DNA of 64,000 nucleotides from Candidatus Levyibacteriota bacterium. GTDB taxonomy: Bacteria > Patescibacteriota > Microgenomatia > Levybacterales > UBA12049. The stretch spans positions 322,209-386,208 of the forward strand of contig JACOXT010000003.1 in assembly GCA_016182235.1 (NCBI GenBank), given 5' to 3'. Shown piece after piece: positions 18,059 to 28,043 of the stretch. Within the stretch, counting starts at the first letter, position 1; the number at the start of each line of letters is the position of its first letter. The notes below the pieces were generated by a model. The model worked only from the letters and a program-made list of their open reading frames with translations, did no database searches and was not told the origin of the DNA. The position numbers and the translations under genes were made by a program.

Positions 18059-18245
18059 CAAATCTGAAAAGGTATATTATCTCCACTATTCCAAGCGTTT
18101 GAAGGACCAGAATAGCTATAAACCAACTTCTTTGATCATATTTGGCGGATTTCCAGAGAGCAAGTCCTTTCAACCCAAGCGACCAAAGCAATAATAGAAA
18201 TTGTACGAGAAAAGGAATCTCGGGGCCACTCCCAGATAAGTTCAT
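18006..18245 (-). CDS. Small two-TM membrane protein (resembles the DUF5652-type small proteins of CPR genomes)
   Basis: MNLSGSGPEIPFLVQFLLLLWSLGLKGLALWKSAKYDQRSWFIAILVLQTLGIVEIIYLF. ATG at 18245. The 3' end overlaps the convergent YfhO gene by 53 nt. Confidence 0.5.
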   Translation of the reverse strand: MNLSGSGPEIPFLVQFLLLLWSLGLKGLALWKSAKYDQRSWFIAILVLQTLGIVEIIYLFRFAKKRLEFSELAFWKKQK

Positions 18246-18313
18246 AAATTTAACAATAACATAAATTTGGAAACTTTGCAAAAGAAGATCAGCTTCCCAA
18301 TTAGAGTGAAAAT

Positions 18314-18322
18314 TGGTAGAAT
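18314..18322 (+). promoter_or_regulatory. Extended -10 promoter TGgTAGAAT, 8 nt upstream of the ATG at 18331
   Basis: TG at 18314-18315 and TAGAAT at 18317-18322. No SD between it and the start codon. Confidence 0.4.
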
Positions 18323-18330
18323 GGAATTAA

Positions 18331-19395
18331 ATGAAGATTGGAATTTTCGATCCATACTTAGACGATCTAGGCGGTGGTGAGAAATACATGGTTACTCTTG
18401 CAGAGTGTTTGTCTCTAAATAACTCAGTCACGGTTTTTTGGAATAAGAAAGATGATTTAGATAAAGTTGCTAAAAGATTTTCTCTAAATATATCCAAGAT
18501 AAGACTGAAAAAAAATATTTTCTCTCCTGACTATCCATTTTTTAAAAGATGTTTAGATAGCCTTTACTATGACGCTATCATTGTATTGAGCGACGGAAGT
18601 ATGCCATTCGTTCTATCTAAAAAGTTATTTGTTCATTTCCAGCAACCATTCCCCAATCTTAAAATGTCTATCAAGACAATAATTAAAAAAATTAGAGCTT
18701 CTTCTTTTTTTTGTAACTCATACTTCACGAAGTCTTTTATAGATCGAGAATTTAGAATTAACAGCCAGGTTTTATATCCGCCTATAGATATCAAGGCTAG
18801 AAAAATTAGGAAAGAAAATATAATCCTTCATGTTGGCAGATTTAGGACTATTAATATAGGATCGGAAAATTATAAAAAACAAGATGTAATGATTGATCTT
18901 TTTAAAAAGATGGTAGATGGGGGTACAAAAAATTGGAAGCTGGTTTTGGCGATTGGTCTTCACCAAAACGATAGGCCAAAATTCGATAATTTACGGAAAA
19001 AAGCTAATGGTTATCCGATAGAATTTTTAATTAACCTTAATAATGATAAATTAAGCGAGGCTTATTCAAAATCCAAAATTTATTGGCATGCAACAGGCTA
19101 TGGCGAAGATTTAAGTAAGAATCCAGAACTAGCTGAGCATTTTGGTATTTCTACTGTTGAAGCGATGGGTTATGGAGCTGTTCCTGTTGTAATAAACGCG
19201 GGAGGACAGAGAGAAATTGTAGAAGACAAGATAAGCGGATATCTTTGGGATACATTAGAGGATTTTATTGATAAAACGAATAGATTGATTAAAAGCTCCA
19301 AACAATGGAAAGAAATGTCTAAAGAAGCAGTAAAAAGAGCGGAAAAGTTTAGCGGAGAGAGGTTTTGCAAAGAGTTGGTGAGTATTATTAGGTAA
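18331..19395 (+). CDS. GT4 (GT-B fold) glycosyltransferase
   Basis: EHFGISTVEAMGYGAVPVVINAGGQREIVEDKISGYLW (EX7E-type motif). Confidence 0.85.
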   Translation: MKIGIFDPYLDDLGGGEKYMVTLAECLSLNNSVTVFWNKKDDLDKVAKRFSLNISKIRLKKNIFSPDYPFFKRCLDSLYYDAIIVLSDGSMPFVLSKKLFVHFQQPFPNLKMSIKTIIKKIRASSFFCNSYFTKSFIDREFRINSQVLYPPIDIKARKIRKENIILHVGRFRTINIGSENYKKQDVMIDLFKKMVDGGTKNWKLVLAIGLHQNDRPKFDNLRKKANGYPIEFLINLNNDKLSEAYSKSKIYWHATGYGEDLSKNPELAEHFGISTVEAMGYGAVPVVINAGGQREIVEDKISGYLWDTLEDFIDKTNRLIKSSKQWKEMSKEAVKRAEKFSGERFCKELVSIIR

Positions 19396-21707
19396 TGAAA
19401 AGGTTCTTTCCGGTTTTATTTATAGCTTTAGTCGTTGTAATCTTTTTCTGGAGATTCTTTATTAATGGGTTACTTCCTATCCCGGGAGATACTATAGTAG
19501 GGCTTTATCACCCATTTCGTGATCTATACGCAAAAGAATATCCCAATGGCATACCTTTTAAAAACTTTCTCATAACAGATCCTGTACGTCAGCAATACCC
19601 GTGGCGGGAGTTAGCTATTTCAATGGTTAAAAAATTGGAGATTCCATTATGGAACCCATATAACTTCTCCGGGACACCTTTATTAGCAAATCTGCAATCC
19701 GCACCTTTTTATTTTTTAAATATATTATTTTTTATATTCCCTTTTGTTTTGTCTTGGAGTCTACTCGTAATACTTGGGCAGTTATTAGGAGGAGTTTTTC
19801 TCTTCTTATATCTTGATAACCTTAAACTTAATAAATGGGCTAGCGTATTAGGAGCCGTCTCGTTTTCTTTTTCGGGTTTTTTTGTTGCTTGGATGGAATG
19901 GGGAACCGTCACGCATGTAGTATTATGGTTGCCCTTGATGCTTTTGAGTATTGACAGGCTATTTTTTTATTCCAATATCGATAACCCAAAACCTAAAAGT
20001 CAAAATTCAAAAATACAACTCAAAAGTAAAAATTTAATAATATGGAGTTTAATTTTTATATTTTCTTTATGTTCATCATTTTTTGCTGGACATTTGCAGA
20101 CATTTTTCTATCTATTTGTATTAATCTTAGCTTATTTTGGGGCTCGTTGGTTACAATTTGGGAAATCAAAAAAAATATTATTCTTGTTTTTAATTCTCAA
20201 TTCGTTATTCGCAATTCTCACTTTTGTTCAGTGGTTTCCGACCCTACAATTTATTCTCCTTTCTGCGCGCGGTGTAGACCAATCTCCTTTTAATAATCCC
20301 GGCTGGTTTATTCCTTGGGAACATCTTATACAATTTATAATACCTGATTTTTTTGGAAATCCAACAACTCTTAATTATTGGGGAACATGGAATTATGCGG
20401 AATTTGTCGGTTATGTTGGTATTTTCCCTCTTATAATGGCAATCTATGCTTTATTTGTTAGAAAGGATAAAAAGACACTCTTTTTTGGCACTTTCTTTTT
20501 TCTAGCTCTAATATTCGCGCTTCCGACGTTTCTTGCAAAGATTCCTTATTCTATAAATCTGCCATTTCTTGCAACAGCTCAGCCAACAAGATTACTTGTA
20601 ATCATTGATTTTGCCCTTGCTGTTCTTGCGGCTTTAGGATTGGACTATGTCTTTAGACATAAAGCAAAGACGATCTTTTATCCTTTGGGTTTTATTGGAG
20701 TAGTTCTCCTTGGGGCATGGACATTAACTATGTTTGGAAATCAGCCTCTTCAACTTGCAACCTCAGAGAATATTTCTATTATAAAACGGAACCTTGTCCT
20801 TCCTTCAAGCATTTTTATTATTGTTGGGATAATGCTTGTTTTCCTCACATTTTTTAATCGTATCGCCAAGCGTATAGTTATAGTTGTCTATTCTATTATA
20901 ATAGTAATTACGATATTTGATGTTTTCCGTTTTGGCTGGAAATTCACGCCTTTCACAAAACAAGAATATCTTTTTCCAAATACGAAAGTAATATCTTTTC
21001 TTAAGGCAAATATAGAGGATTTCCGATATATGACGACTGATTCTAGAATATTGCCGCCAAATTTTTCCAGCATTTATAGAATACAAAGCGTTGACGGATA
21101 TGACCCATTGTATCTTTTGAGATATGCGGAACTAATAGCGGCATCTGAAAGAGGGAATGGAAAAATTGATCCTCCTTTTGGTTTTAACAGAATTATTACG
21201 CCCCATAATTATGACTCGAAGATAATAGATTTGTTAGGAGTTAAATACGTTTTAAGCCTCTCAGAGCTGGAGTCTTTGAAGCTCAATAAAGTATTTCAGG
21301 AAGGCGAAACAAGAATTTACCAAAATAAAAACGTGATGCCAAGAGCCTATTTTGTGTCAAAAACTGTAAATGTCGAAAATAAGAAAGAGGCTATAAAAAT
21401 GATGCTCAATGAGTCCTTCGACCCAAAAGATACAGCTATTATAGAAAGGGAAAATTTACATTTGAGGGAGATAAGAGACTTTTCTATTGGAAAAGCAGAA
21501 ATAAAATATTATTCGGAAAATAAAATAATTATAAATACAGAAAATGTGAAAGATGGATTTTTGGTATTGGGTGATAGTTTTTATCCTAGTTGGAATGCAA
21601 ATGTTGATGGAATTGATACGAAAATTTATAGAACAAACTATAATTTTCGCGGTATTTTTGTTTCAGGAGGAAAGCATATTGTTGAATTCTACGCTAAGTT
21701 ACTTTGA
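19395..21707 (+). CDS. YfhO-family membrane glycosyltransferase (family C)
   Basis: QYPWRELAISMVKKLEIPLWNPYNFSGTPLLANLQSAPFYFLN, PDFFGNP. C-terminal FYPSWNANVDGIDTKIYRTNYNFRGIFV. TAATG overlap with the upstream gene. Confidence 0.85.
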   Translation: MKRFFPVLFIALVVVIFFWRFFINGLLPIPGDTIVGLYHPFRDLYAKEYPNGIPFKNFLITDPVRQQYPWRELAISMVKKLEIPLWNPYNFSGTPLLANLQSAPFYFLNILFFIFPFVLSWSLLVILGQLLGGVFLFLYLDNLKLNKWASVLGAVSFSFSGFFVAWMEWGTVTHVVLWLPLMLLSIDRLFFYSNIDNPKPKSQNSKIQLKSKNLIIWSLIFIFSLCSSFFAGHLQTFFYLFVLILAYFGARWLQFGKSKKILFLFLILNSLFAILTFVQWFPTLQFILLSARGVDQSPFNNPGWFIPWEHLIQFIIPDFFGNPTTLNYWGTWNYAEFVGYVGIFPLIMAIYALFVRKDKKTLFFGTFFFLALIFALPTFLAKIPYSINLPFLATAQPTRLLVIIDFALAVLAALGLDYVFRHKAKTIFYPLGFIGVVLLGAWTLTMFGNQPLQLATSENISIIKRNLVLPSSIFIIVGIMLVFLTFFNRIAKRIVIVVYSIIIVITIFDVFRFGWKFTPFTKQEYLFPNTKVISFLKANIEDFRYMTTDSRILPPNFSSIYRIQSVDGYDPLYLLRYAELIAASERGNGKIDPPFGFNRIITPHNYDSKIIDLLGVKYVLSLSELESLKLNKVFQEGETRIYQNKNVMPRAYFVSKTVNVENKKEAIKMMLNESFDPKDTAIIERENLHLREIRDFSIGKAEIKYYSENKIIINTENVKDGFLVLGDSFYPSWNANVDGIDTKIYRTNYNFRGIFVSGGKHIVEFYAKLL

Positions 21708-22675
21708 TGATAGTTATGAATATAAGCATTATTATACCTAATTATAATGGCGAAGAGATTTTGAAGAAAAATCTTCCAAAAGTGTTCGAGGCAGTTTTTT
21801 CACATAGAGGCGGAGAAGTTGAGATTATAATTATTGATGATTGTTCCACAGATAACTCAATAAAAGAAATAAGCTATCAGATATCACATATCAAAAATAC
21901 ATATCAAAAATTAATGACATCTATCAAATTTTTCAAAAATGACAAAAATTTGGGTTTTTCTTCAACGATTAATAGGGGCGTGAACGAATCAAATGGAGAT
22001 ATTGCTATATTACTTAATACGGATGTGGTGCCAAAAAAAGATTTCTTACAGCCTCTACTCAGGCATTTTTCCGATCCGTTAGTTTTTGCGGTTGGGTGTA
22101 TGGACGAAAGTGTGGAAAATGGCGGAGTGGTTTCGCGAGGTAGGGGTATTGGCTTGTGGAAGAGAGGATTTCTTGTCCATTCACGTGGAGAGGTTAATAA
22201 GCTAAATACTCTCTGGGTAAGTGGAGGAAGCGGAGCATTTAGAAAAAACATCTGGGAAAAACTGGGGGGGCTTGATAGTCTTTACAACCCATTTTATTGG
22301 GAAGATATAGATTTGTCATATAGAGCTCTTAAGTCAGGATACAAAATTGCTTTTGAGCCCAGGAGTGTCGTGATACATAGGCATGAAAAAGGTGCAATAA
22401 AAAAAAGATATTCAGAGTCTGAAGTAAAGACAATAGCGTATAGAAATCAATTTATATTTGTATGGAAAAATGCCACAGATTTAGAATTGCAGTTTTCACA
22501 TATGCTTTGGCTACCTTATCATTTCGCAAGAGCTTTAGTTAGCGGTGATTTGAATTTTCTTATTGGTTTTTGTTTGGCGATTCTTAGATTACCTCAGGTA
22601 GTAATATCTGGTTTTCGTGCTCAGAAGTATTTTACGAAATCTGATCGGGAGGTGGTAGAAGAATTCAGTAAGTGA
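21707..22675 (+). CDS. GT2 glycosyltransferase (WbbL-like subgroup)
   Basis: NISIIIPNYNGEEIL ... IIIDDCSTDNS ... NLGFSSTIN ... LNTDV ... FYWEDIDLSYR. ATG 21707 (alternative 21716) is preferred to TTG 21704. Confidence 0.85.
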   Translation: MIVMNISIIIPNYNGEEILKKNLPKVFEAVFSHRGGEVEIIIIDDCSTDNSIKEISYQISHIKNTYQKLMTSIKFFKNDKNLGFSSTINRGVNESNGDIAILLNTDVVPKKDFLQPLLRHFSDPLVFAVGCMDESVENGGVVSRGRGIGLWKRGFLVHSRGEVNKLNTLWVSGGSGAFRKNIWEKLGGLDSLYNPFYWEDIDLSYRALKSGYKIAFEPRSVVIHRHEKGAIKKRYSESEVKTIAYRNQFIFVWKNATDLELQFSHMLWLPYHFARALVSGDLNFLIGFCLAILRLPQVVISGFRAQKYFTKSDREVVEEFSK

Positions 22676-24078
22676 AAAAAAAGCAAGGGAATCAGCAGAT
22701 AGATATTATTGCTTACTTTTTTATTCTATGCATTATAGCTGCAGGCATATTGGTATCTTTAAATCGTTTTTGGCAGTACGAAGTCTTTTATATAGATTTT
22801 GGGGTTTTTGATCAAGCAATTTGGAGTGTTTCTCGTTTTAAACCTCCCATAATTGAACATTTTATAGTTTCCGGAAAGTGGATATTTGCTGATCACTTTA
22901 ACCCTAGCATTTTTTTATTGTCGCCGTTTTATTGGTTAACTACAAGAAGCGAGATGCTGCTTGTTGTGCAGACAATAGCCGTTGGTTTAAGCGGACTACT
23001 ATTATATGGTATTGCTAAAAAGGTCTTAATAAATGAATTTTTAGCTTTAGGTATTTTATCCTGTTATTTTCTTTTCTTAGGTTTACAAAATGCAGTTATT
23101 ACCGAATTTCATGAGCTCACGGTCTCTACGCTTCCTCTTACCCTTACCTTTTGGGCAATATTGAACAAAAAATTAAGATTATATTTATTATTCTTAATAA
23201 TTACTTTAGGCTTCAAAGAGTCACTTTTCGCAACAGGAATTGGTATAGGGATAGCTTTATTCTTTTTACGTAAAGAATGGAGGCTTATCGCTTTTATTAC
23301 TATAATGCTTTCCGTGGTATGGGGAGCTATAAGCATAAAGTTTATTATCCCAGCATTCTCTAATGGTATATACATTTATGTTCCTACATTACCAGATGGC
23401 ATTTTAAATAAAGTCAGTGCATTAGTTGATCATCCCGTTAAAGTAAAAACACTTTTCTATAGCTTCCTAAGTTTTGGTTTCCTGCCAATTTTTTCTCCAG
23501 CCTTTTGGCCTCTTATTATTCAGGATTATACACTACGCTTTTTGCCTGGAGGAGGAAGTACTCGATGGGATTTGGGCCTTCATTACAACGCCCAAAGCGC
23601 TGTTATTTTGGCCATAGGGTCAGTTTTTGGATTGCACAATCTAATGAAAATAAAGAAATTTTCGAAATTTTTGCCCTTTTTGGGAATAATTCTTATAATT
23701 AATGCCTTTATTTTATATCGCTTTATTTTACACGGACCGCTTGCTCTTTCGTATAATCCGGCCTTTTATGAACACACTAAAGACTTAGCTTTTCTAAATG
23801 ATTTAATAAAAAGAATTCCAAGTAATGCTTCCATAATGACACATAATAATCTTGCGGTACGTTTTACTCATCAGCAAGTTTGGTTATTAAGGACAAATTA
23901 CGAAATATATAAGCCAGATTACATACTGATAGACAATCGGAAGGGACAAAATCCAAATAATTTTTTTGCAAGCCTAGTCAATGTTGATGGTATAATTAAA
24001 ATTATAAAAAAAGATTCTAGTTATAAATTAATATATAGTACTCAAGAGCAATTTGTATTTAAAAGACTAAATACGTAA
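22672..24078 (+). CDS. DUF2079-like polytopic membrane protein (putative GT-C-like)
   Basis: YIDFGVFDQAIWSVSRF ... ADHFNPSIFLLSPFYWL after TM1, then many hydrophobic segments. GTG start in a GTGA overlap. Confidence 0.65.
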   Translation: MKKKQGNQQIDIIAYFFILCIIAAGILVSLNRFWQYEVFYIDFGVFDQAIWSVSRFKPPIIEHFIVSGKWIFADHFNPSIFLLSPFYWLTTRSEMLLVVQTIAVGLSGLLLYGIAKKVLINEFLALGILSCYFLFLGLQNAVITEFHELTVSTLPLTLTFWAILNKKLRLYLLFLIITLGFKESLFATGIGIGIALFFLRKEWRLIAFITIMLSVVWGAISIKFIIPAFSNGIYIYVPTLPDGILNKVSALVDHPVKVKTLFYSFLSFGFLPIFSPAFWPLIIQDYTLRFLPGGGSTRWDLGLHYNAQSAVILAIGSVFGLHNLMKIKKFSKFLPFLGIILIINAFILYRFILHGPLALSYNPAFYEHTKDLAFLNDLIKRIPSNASIMTHNNLAVRFTHQQVWLLRTNYEIYKPDYILIDNRKGQNPNNFFASLVNVDGIIKIIKKDSSYKLIYSTQEQFVFKRLNT

Positions 24079-24093
24079 AACAAAATTTGCCAA

Positions 24094-24819
24094 ATGAAGA
24101 AATTATCTATTATTATTCCGGTTTTTAATGAGGAAAAAACAATAGTAGAGGTACTCAATAAAGTATCTAAAATAAAGATTCCGAATACTTCTAAGGAAAT
24201 TATTGTGGTGGACGATGGATCAACCGATGCGACGGCATCGAAAATTCGATCTGCCAAATTAGCCGATAAAATTCGAAATTTGAAAATTTTTCGCCACACC
24301 CAAAATCTTGGTAAGGGGGCTGCGGTTAAGACTGGAATAAGGAACTCAACAGGAGATTATGTCGTAATTCAGGATGCGGATTTAGAATACGACCCTTTAT
24401 ACATTCCTATTCTTCTTAGGCCAATACAACAACATAAGTCTGAAGTTGTATATGGAACAAGGTTAAAACGAATGCCAGATCTCTCCAAAGACGAGAAAAA
24501 CCCTCGTTTTCTACTCCATTATATTGGGAATAGGTTATTAAGCCTTATCACGAGTATTTTATACGGTCAGTGGATTACGGATATGGAAACATGCTATAAA
24601 GTATTTCCTAAGAAAGCTGTTGAAAATATTATTCTCAAGTCAAGAAGATTTGATTTTGAGCCGGAGATTACTGCTAAATTATTAAAAAAAGGGTACAGAA
24701 TAGACGAGATTCCGATAACATCAAATCCCAGAGATTATAATGAGGGAAAGAAATTAAACACAATAAAAGACGGAGCTATTGCCCTTTTTACTATACTTAA
24801 ATGTCGATTTATAGATTGA
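24094..24819 (+). CDS. GT2 glycosyltransferase, polyprenyl-phosphate sugar synthase type (DPM1/GtrB/CsbB-like)
   Basis: LSIIIPVFNEEKTI ... VVDDGSTDAT ... GKGAAV ... VIQDADLEYDP. 241 aa, soluble. Confidence 0.85.
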   Translation: MKKLSIIIPVFNEEKTIVEVLNKVSKIKIPNTSKEIIVVDDGSTDATASKIRSAKLADKIRNLKIFRHTQNLGKGAAVKTGIRNSTGDYVVIQDADLEYDPLYIPILLRPIQQHKSEVVYGTRLKRMPDLSKDEKNPRFLLHYIGNRLLSLITSILYGQWITDMETCYKVFPKKAVENIILKSRRFDFEPEITAKLLKKGYRIDEIPITSNPRDYNEGKKLNTIKDGAIALFTILKCRFID

Positions 24820-26408
24820 AAATAGAGCTTTTTAAGAAATTACCCCGTTATATTGTTATCTTATATGCAATCGCATTTATTTCTTCTATCTCTTTTGCAA
24901 TCTTTGCTTTATCAAAACAACTTACTTTCGGATTTGACCAGGCAAGAGACGCGTACGAAGCATACTCCATCTGGCATAATCATGATTTTAAGATACTTGG
25001 TCCGTCGTCAGATCTTCCGGGAGTGCATCACGGCGTATTGTGGTATTATCTGCTTGCCCTGCCTTATGCCATTGGATCTGGAAATCCAGAAGTTGTTGCT
25101 GCTATTTTTTTTGTCCTCTCGTTTCTTACAATACCTCTAAGCGCTTATTTATCGTATAAGCTTTTTCACAATTTTCATGTTGCTTTATTAACAGCTGTTT
25201 TATATGCTTCATCTCCTCTTTTTCAGGCGTTTACTCGATGGTTATCTAATCCTCTTATTGCATTATATGTTGTTCCTTTTTTATTGTTTTTTTTGTGGAA
25301 ATATATAGATAAACAGAAGACGGTAAATAAACGAAGTATTTTATCGGAAAATAAATATGTAATCGGATTAATAGGTCTTTTTTTTGGGATTTTTATACAA
25401 GCCGATTTTGCGTTTGGTCTATTCCTGATTATATTGCCAATATATTGGTTTGTTTATAAAATAAGCTTTAAATTACAAGAGTTTATATTTTTTTGGATAG
25501 GTTTTTTATTTGGGATATTCACATACGTTCTTGCTGAAGTACGATTTAGTGGTAAGGCAGTCTTAGGAATGATAGATTTTTTCAGCTCAAGCTTATCTTC
25601 ACCCAGGTCTCCAGTAGATACGATCTTATTAGTTGTTGAAAGAGTTAATGACCTTTTATCGATAAGCATCTTGCCATTTCCTTACGCAATACTTCTTTTT
25701 GTCGTTCTAGTTATCATGTTTCTTTTGAAAAAGTCTAAAAATACTAATAATAAAAATTCTATAGTTTTCTTGGTGATATGGTTGAGTACGTTTATTGTGT
25801 TTTACCTATTTAAGTCAGGTTTTTTACACAGCGGGTTTATGTTCGTCCCCTTTCTTTTACCAATAACAATAATCGGAAGTTATTTATTAATCAATACAAT
25901 TACAAGTCTAAAATTTCTCGTCGCCTTATTAACACTCGTCTTTTTAGCTCAATTCTATACTTCATATTTGTGGTTTAAAACAGAGTACAATCCTTTATCG
26001 GTACAATATGGTATAAGTCTCAGTCTTGAAAAAGAAATAATTAGATATACCTATGAGCAATCAAAAGGAGAACGGTTTATAATAGTCACAATAACAAATC
26101 CATTACATATAAATACTACGTGGGCTTATCTTTATGAAACTTATGGACAGAAAAAATACTCATACCTTCCGTATTACGGCGGAAGAGCTCAGAGAGGCTA
26201 CTTAGGTAACCTTTCCGAGCGGCAATTTGGGACAAAATATCGATACGTTATCGTTGAGCCAACGACAGGAATCCCAGATTATTTTATACAGCAAATAATA
26301 TCAGAGGAGAATACAGTGTCAGATATAATAGAGGAAAAGAAATTTGGCCAGTTCGTTGTACAAAAACGCATATTTAGAGAAAATAAATCGCAAATATCAA
26401 TACAGTAA
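24801..26408 (+). CDS. Family D uncharacterised polytopic membrane protein (candidate new GT-C-like family)
   Basis: TM1 then FGFDQARDAYEAYSIWHNHDFKILGPSSDLPGVHHGVLWYYLLALPYAIGSGNP. C-terminal soluble domain with YETYGQKKYSYLPYYGG ... FVVQKR. Confidence 0.7.
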   Translation: MSIYRLKIELFKKLPRYIVILYAIAFISSISFAIFALSKQLTFGFDQARDAYEAYSIWHNHDFKILGPSSDLPGVHHGVLWYYLLALPYAIGSGNPEVVAAIFFVLSFLTIPLSAYLSYKLFHNFHVALLTAVLYASSPLFQAFTRWLSNPLIALYVVPFLLFFLWKYIDKQKTVNKRSILSENKYVIGLIGLFFGIFIQADFAFGLFLIILPIYWFVYKISFKLQEFIFFWIGFLFGIFTYVLAEVRFSGKAVLGMIDFFSSSLSSPRSPVDTILLVVERVNDLLSISILPFPYAILLFVVLVIMFLLKKSKNTNNKNSIVFLVIWLSTFIVFYLFKSGFLHSGFMFVPFLLPITIIGSYLLINTITSLKFLVALLTLVFLAQFYTSYLWFKTEYNPLSVQYGISLSLEKEIIRYTYEQSKGERFIIVTITNPLHINTTWAYLYETYGQKKYSYLPYYGGRAQRGYLGNLSERQFGTKYRYVIVEPTTGIPDYFIQQIISEENTVSDIIEEKKFGQFVVQKRIFRENKSQISIQ

Positions 26409-26419
26409 ACTTTTTATAG

Positions 26420-28039
26420 ATGAAAAAATTTTTTAATTGGAAGGCAGCCTTACTGTTAATAACAATATTAGCTTTTAGTCTTCGAGTATACAAATTAGAT
26501 ACTATTCCGAACAGCCTTAATCCAGACGAGGCAGCATTAGGATACACTTCGTACTCGCTTCTTAGGACTTTGGCAGATGAACATGGCAAATTTCTTCCTT
26601 TATCTCTTCAGTCTTTCGGAGACTGGAAGTTACCAGTTTATTCGTATGTTGGGGTGGTTCCGGTAGCGCTATTTGGCCTTAATGAATTCTCTGTCAGATT
26701 CACAAGTGCGATGGCAGGAGTTGCTGGAGTTTTATTAATCTACTTTATTAGCCTAACGCTTTTTAATAGACAGGGTATCGGTTTACTTTCCGCATTATTA
26801 TTTGCTCTTTCGCCGTGGAGTATTTATTTCTCACGGGGTGCATATGAAGTAAATTTGGCAACAACTATTTTTTTGGCGGGCTTATTAGCATTTATAAAAT
26901 ATATTTATGGAAGTAAAAGAAATGTAAAACTACTCTTTATCTCTTTCCTATTTTTTGCCCTTACCATGTTTACCCAGCATAATTATATTGTGTTTGCGCC
27001 TCTTTTTGTTCTAGCTTTAACAATTATTTTTAGAAGAACAATTGTCAAGAATAAAGCATTTTTTGTTTCAATCGGTGTTTTTATTTTATTTATTCTGATT
27101 TCGTATTTTTCTGTATTAAATGGAGGAAGCAATAAGGTATCAAATCTTGTTATATTTAATGATAAAAATATACTTTATGAAAGAGTTGAGAAGCTAAGGG
27201 GAGACAGCGCTCTCAAAAACCAACTTCTTGAGCGGATTTTGCACACAAAGTATCTTGGTGTACCTTATCAAATAGCGCAAAATTACCTTAATTCTTTTTC
27301 TCCAACTTTTCTTTTTGATAAAGGAGGAGAAAAGTTAGTGCATAATCTTGGGGATTTCGGCAATTTTTATTTATTTGACGCTTTTCTTCTTTTTGTTGGA
27401 GGGGCTTTATTATTTTGGAATAAGGAAAGATCATTGATAATGCTTATGGCATGGCTATTTATCTCTCCTATACCTTCGGCAGTAACGCGAGATTCTCCTA
27501 ATTCAACGCGATTATTTACCCTAATGCCTCTTTTTGTTCTTATAGCATCTTATGGTGCTTACCAAATCTTTGTTTTTTTAAAAAAAGGAACGACCACAAA
27601 TCTTGTTATAAAATGGATACTAATTTTTCTTTTTCTCCTTAACGTAGTGTTTTTTTTAGACATATACTTTGTTCATCTAAATACTCAAAGGGCTCGTTTC
27701 TGGCGTTCAGGATACAAGGAGATTGTGGAGGTATCGAATAATTACCCAAATAAAAACTTAATCATGCAGGGGGTGTATGATTTTCCCTACATTTTTTTTC
27801 TATTTTACAATAAGTATGATCCGCAAAAATTCAGGAAGGAAGTAGAATATTACCCCGTAAGTTACAATGGTTTTAGATATGTAAAACAGTTTGGGAGATA
27901 TAAATTTGTTCAAGCCTTAAGTAGCGAAAAAGAAATACCCGGAGTACTATATATTGATAATCAGAACTTTCATAAAGATGATAATTTAATACGTCTTCCA
28001 AACGGTGACCCTGTATTTAAATACTACATAGGAAAGTAA
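26420..28039 (+). CDS. Family A GT-C glycosyltransferase (ArnT/PMT-like)
   Basis: SLNPDEAALGYTSYSLLRTLADEHGKFLPLSLQSFGDWKLPVYSYV, PWSIYFSRGAYEVN. C-terminal YDFPYIFFLFYNKYDPQKF. Confidence 0.85.
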   Translation: MKKFFNWKAALLLITILAFSLRVYKLDTIPNSLNPDEAALGYTSYSLLRTLADEHGKFLPLSLQSFGDWKLPVYSYVGVVPVALFGLNEFSVRFTSAMAGVAGVLLIYFISLTLFNRQGIGLLSALLFALSPWSIYFSRGAYEVNLATTIFLAGLLAFIKYIYGSKRNVKLLFISFLFFALTMFTQHNYIVFAPLFVLALTIIFRRTIVKNKAFFVSIGVFILFILISYFSVLNGGSNKVSNLVIFNDKNILYERVEKLRGDSALKNQLLERILHTKYLGVPYQIAQNYLNSFSPTFLFDKGGEKLVHNLGDFGNFYLFDAFLLFVGGALLFWNKERSLIMLMAWLFISPIPSAVTRDSPNSTRLFTLMPLFVLIASYGAYQIFVFLKKGTTTNLVIKWILIFLFLLNVVFFLDIYFVHLNTQRARFWRSGYKEIVEVSNNYPNKNLIMQGVYDFPYIFFLFYNKYDPQKFRKEVEYYPVSYNGFRYVKQFGRYKFVQALSSEKEIPGVLYIDNQNFHKDDNLIRLPNGDPVFKYYIGK

Positions 28040-28043
28040 AAGA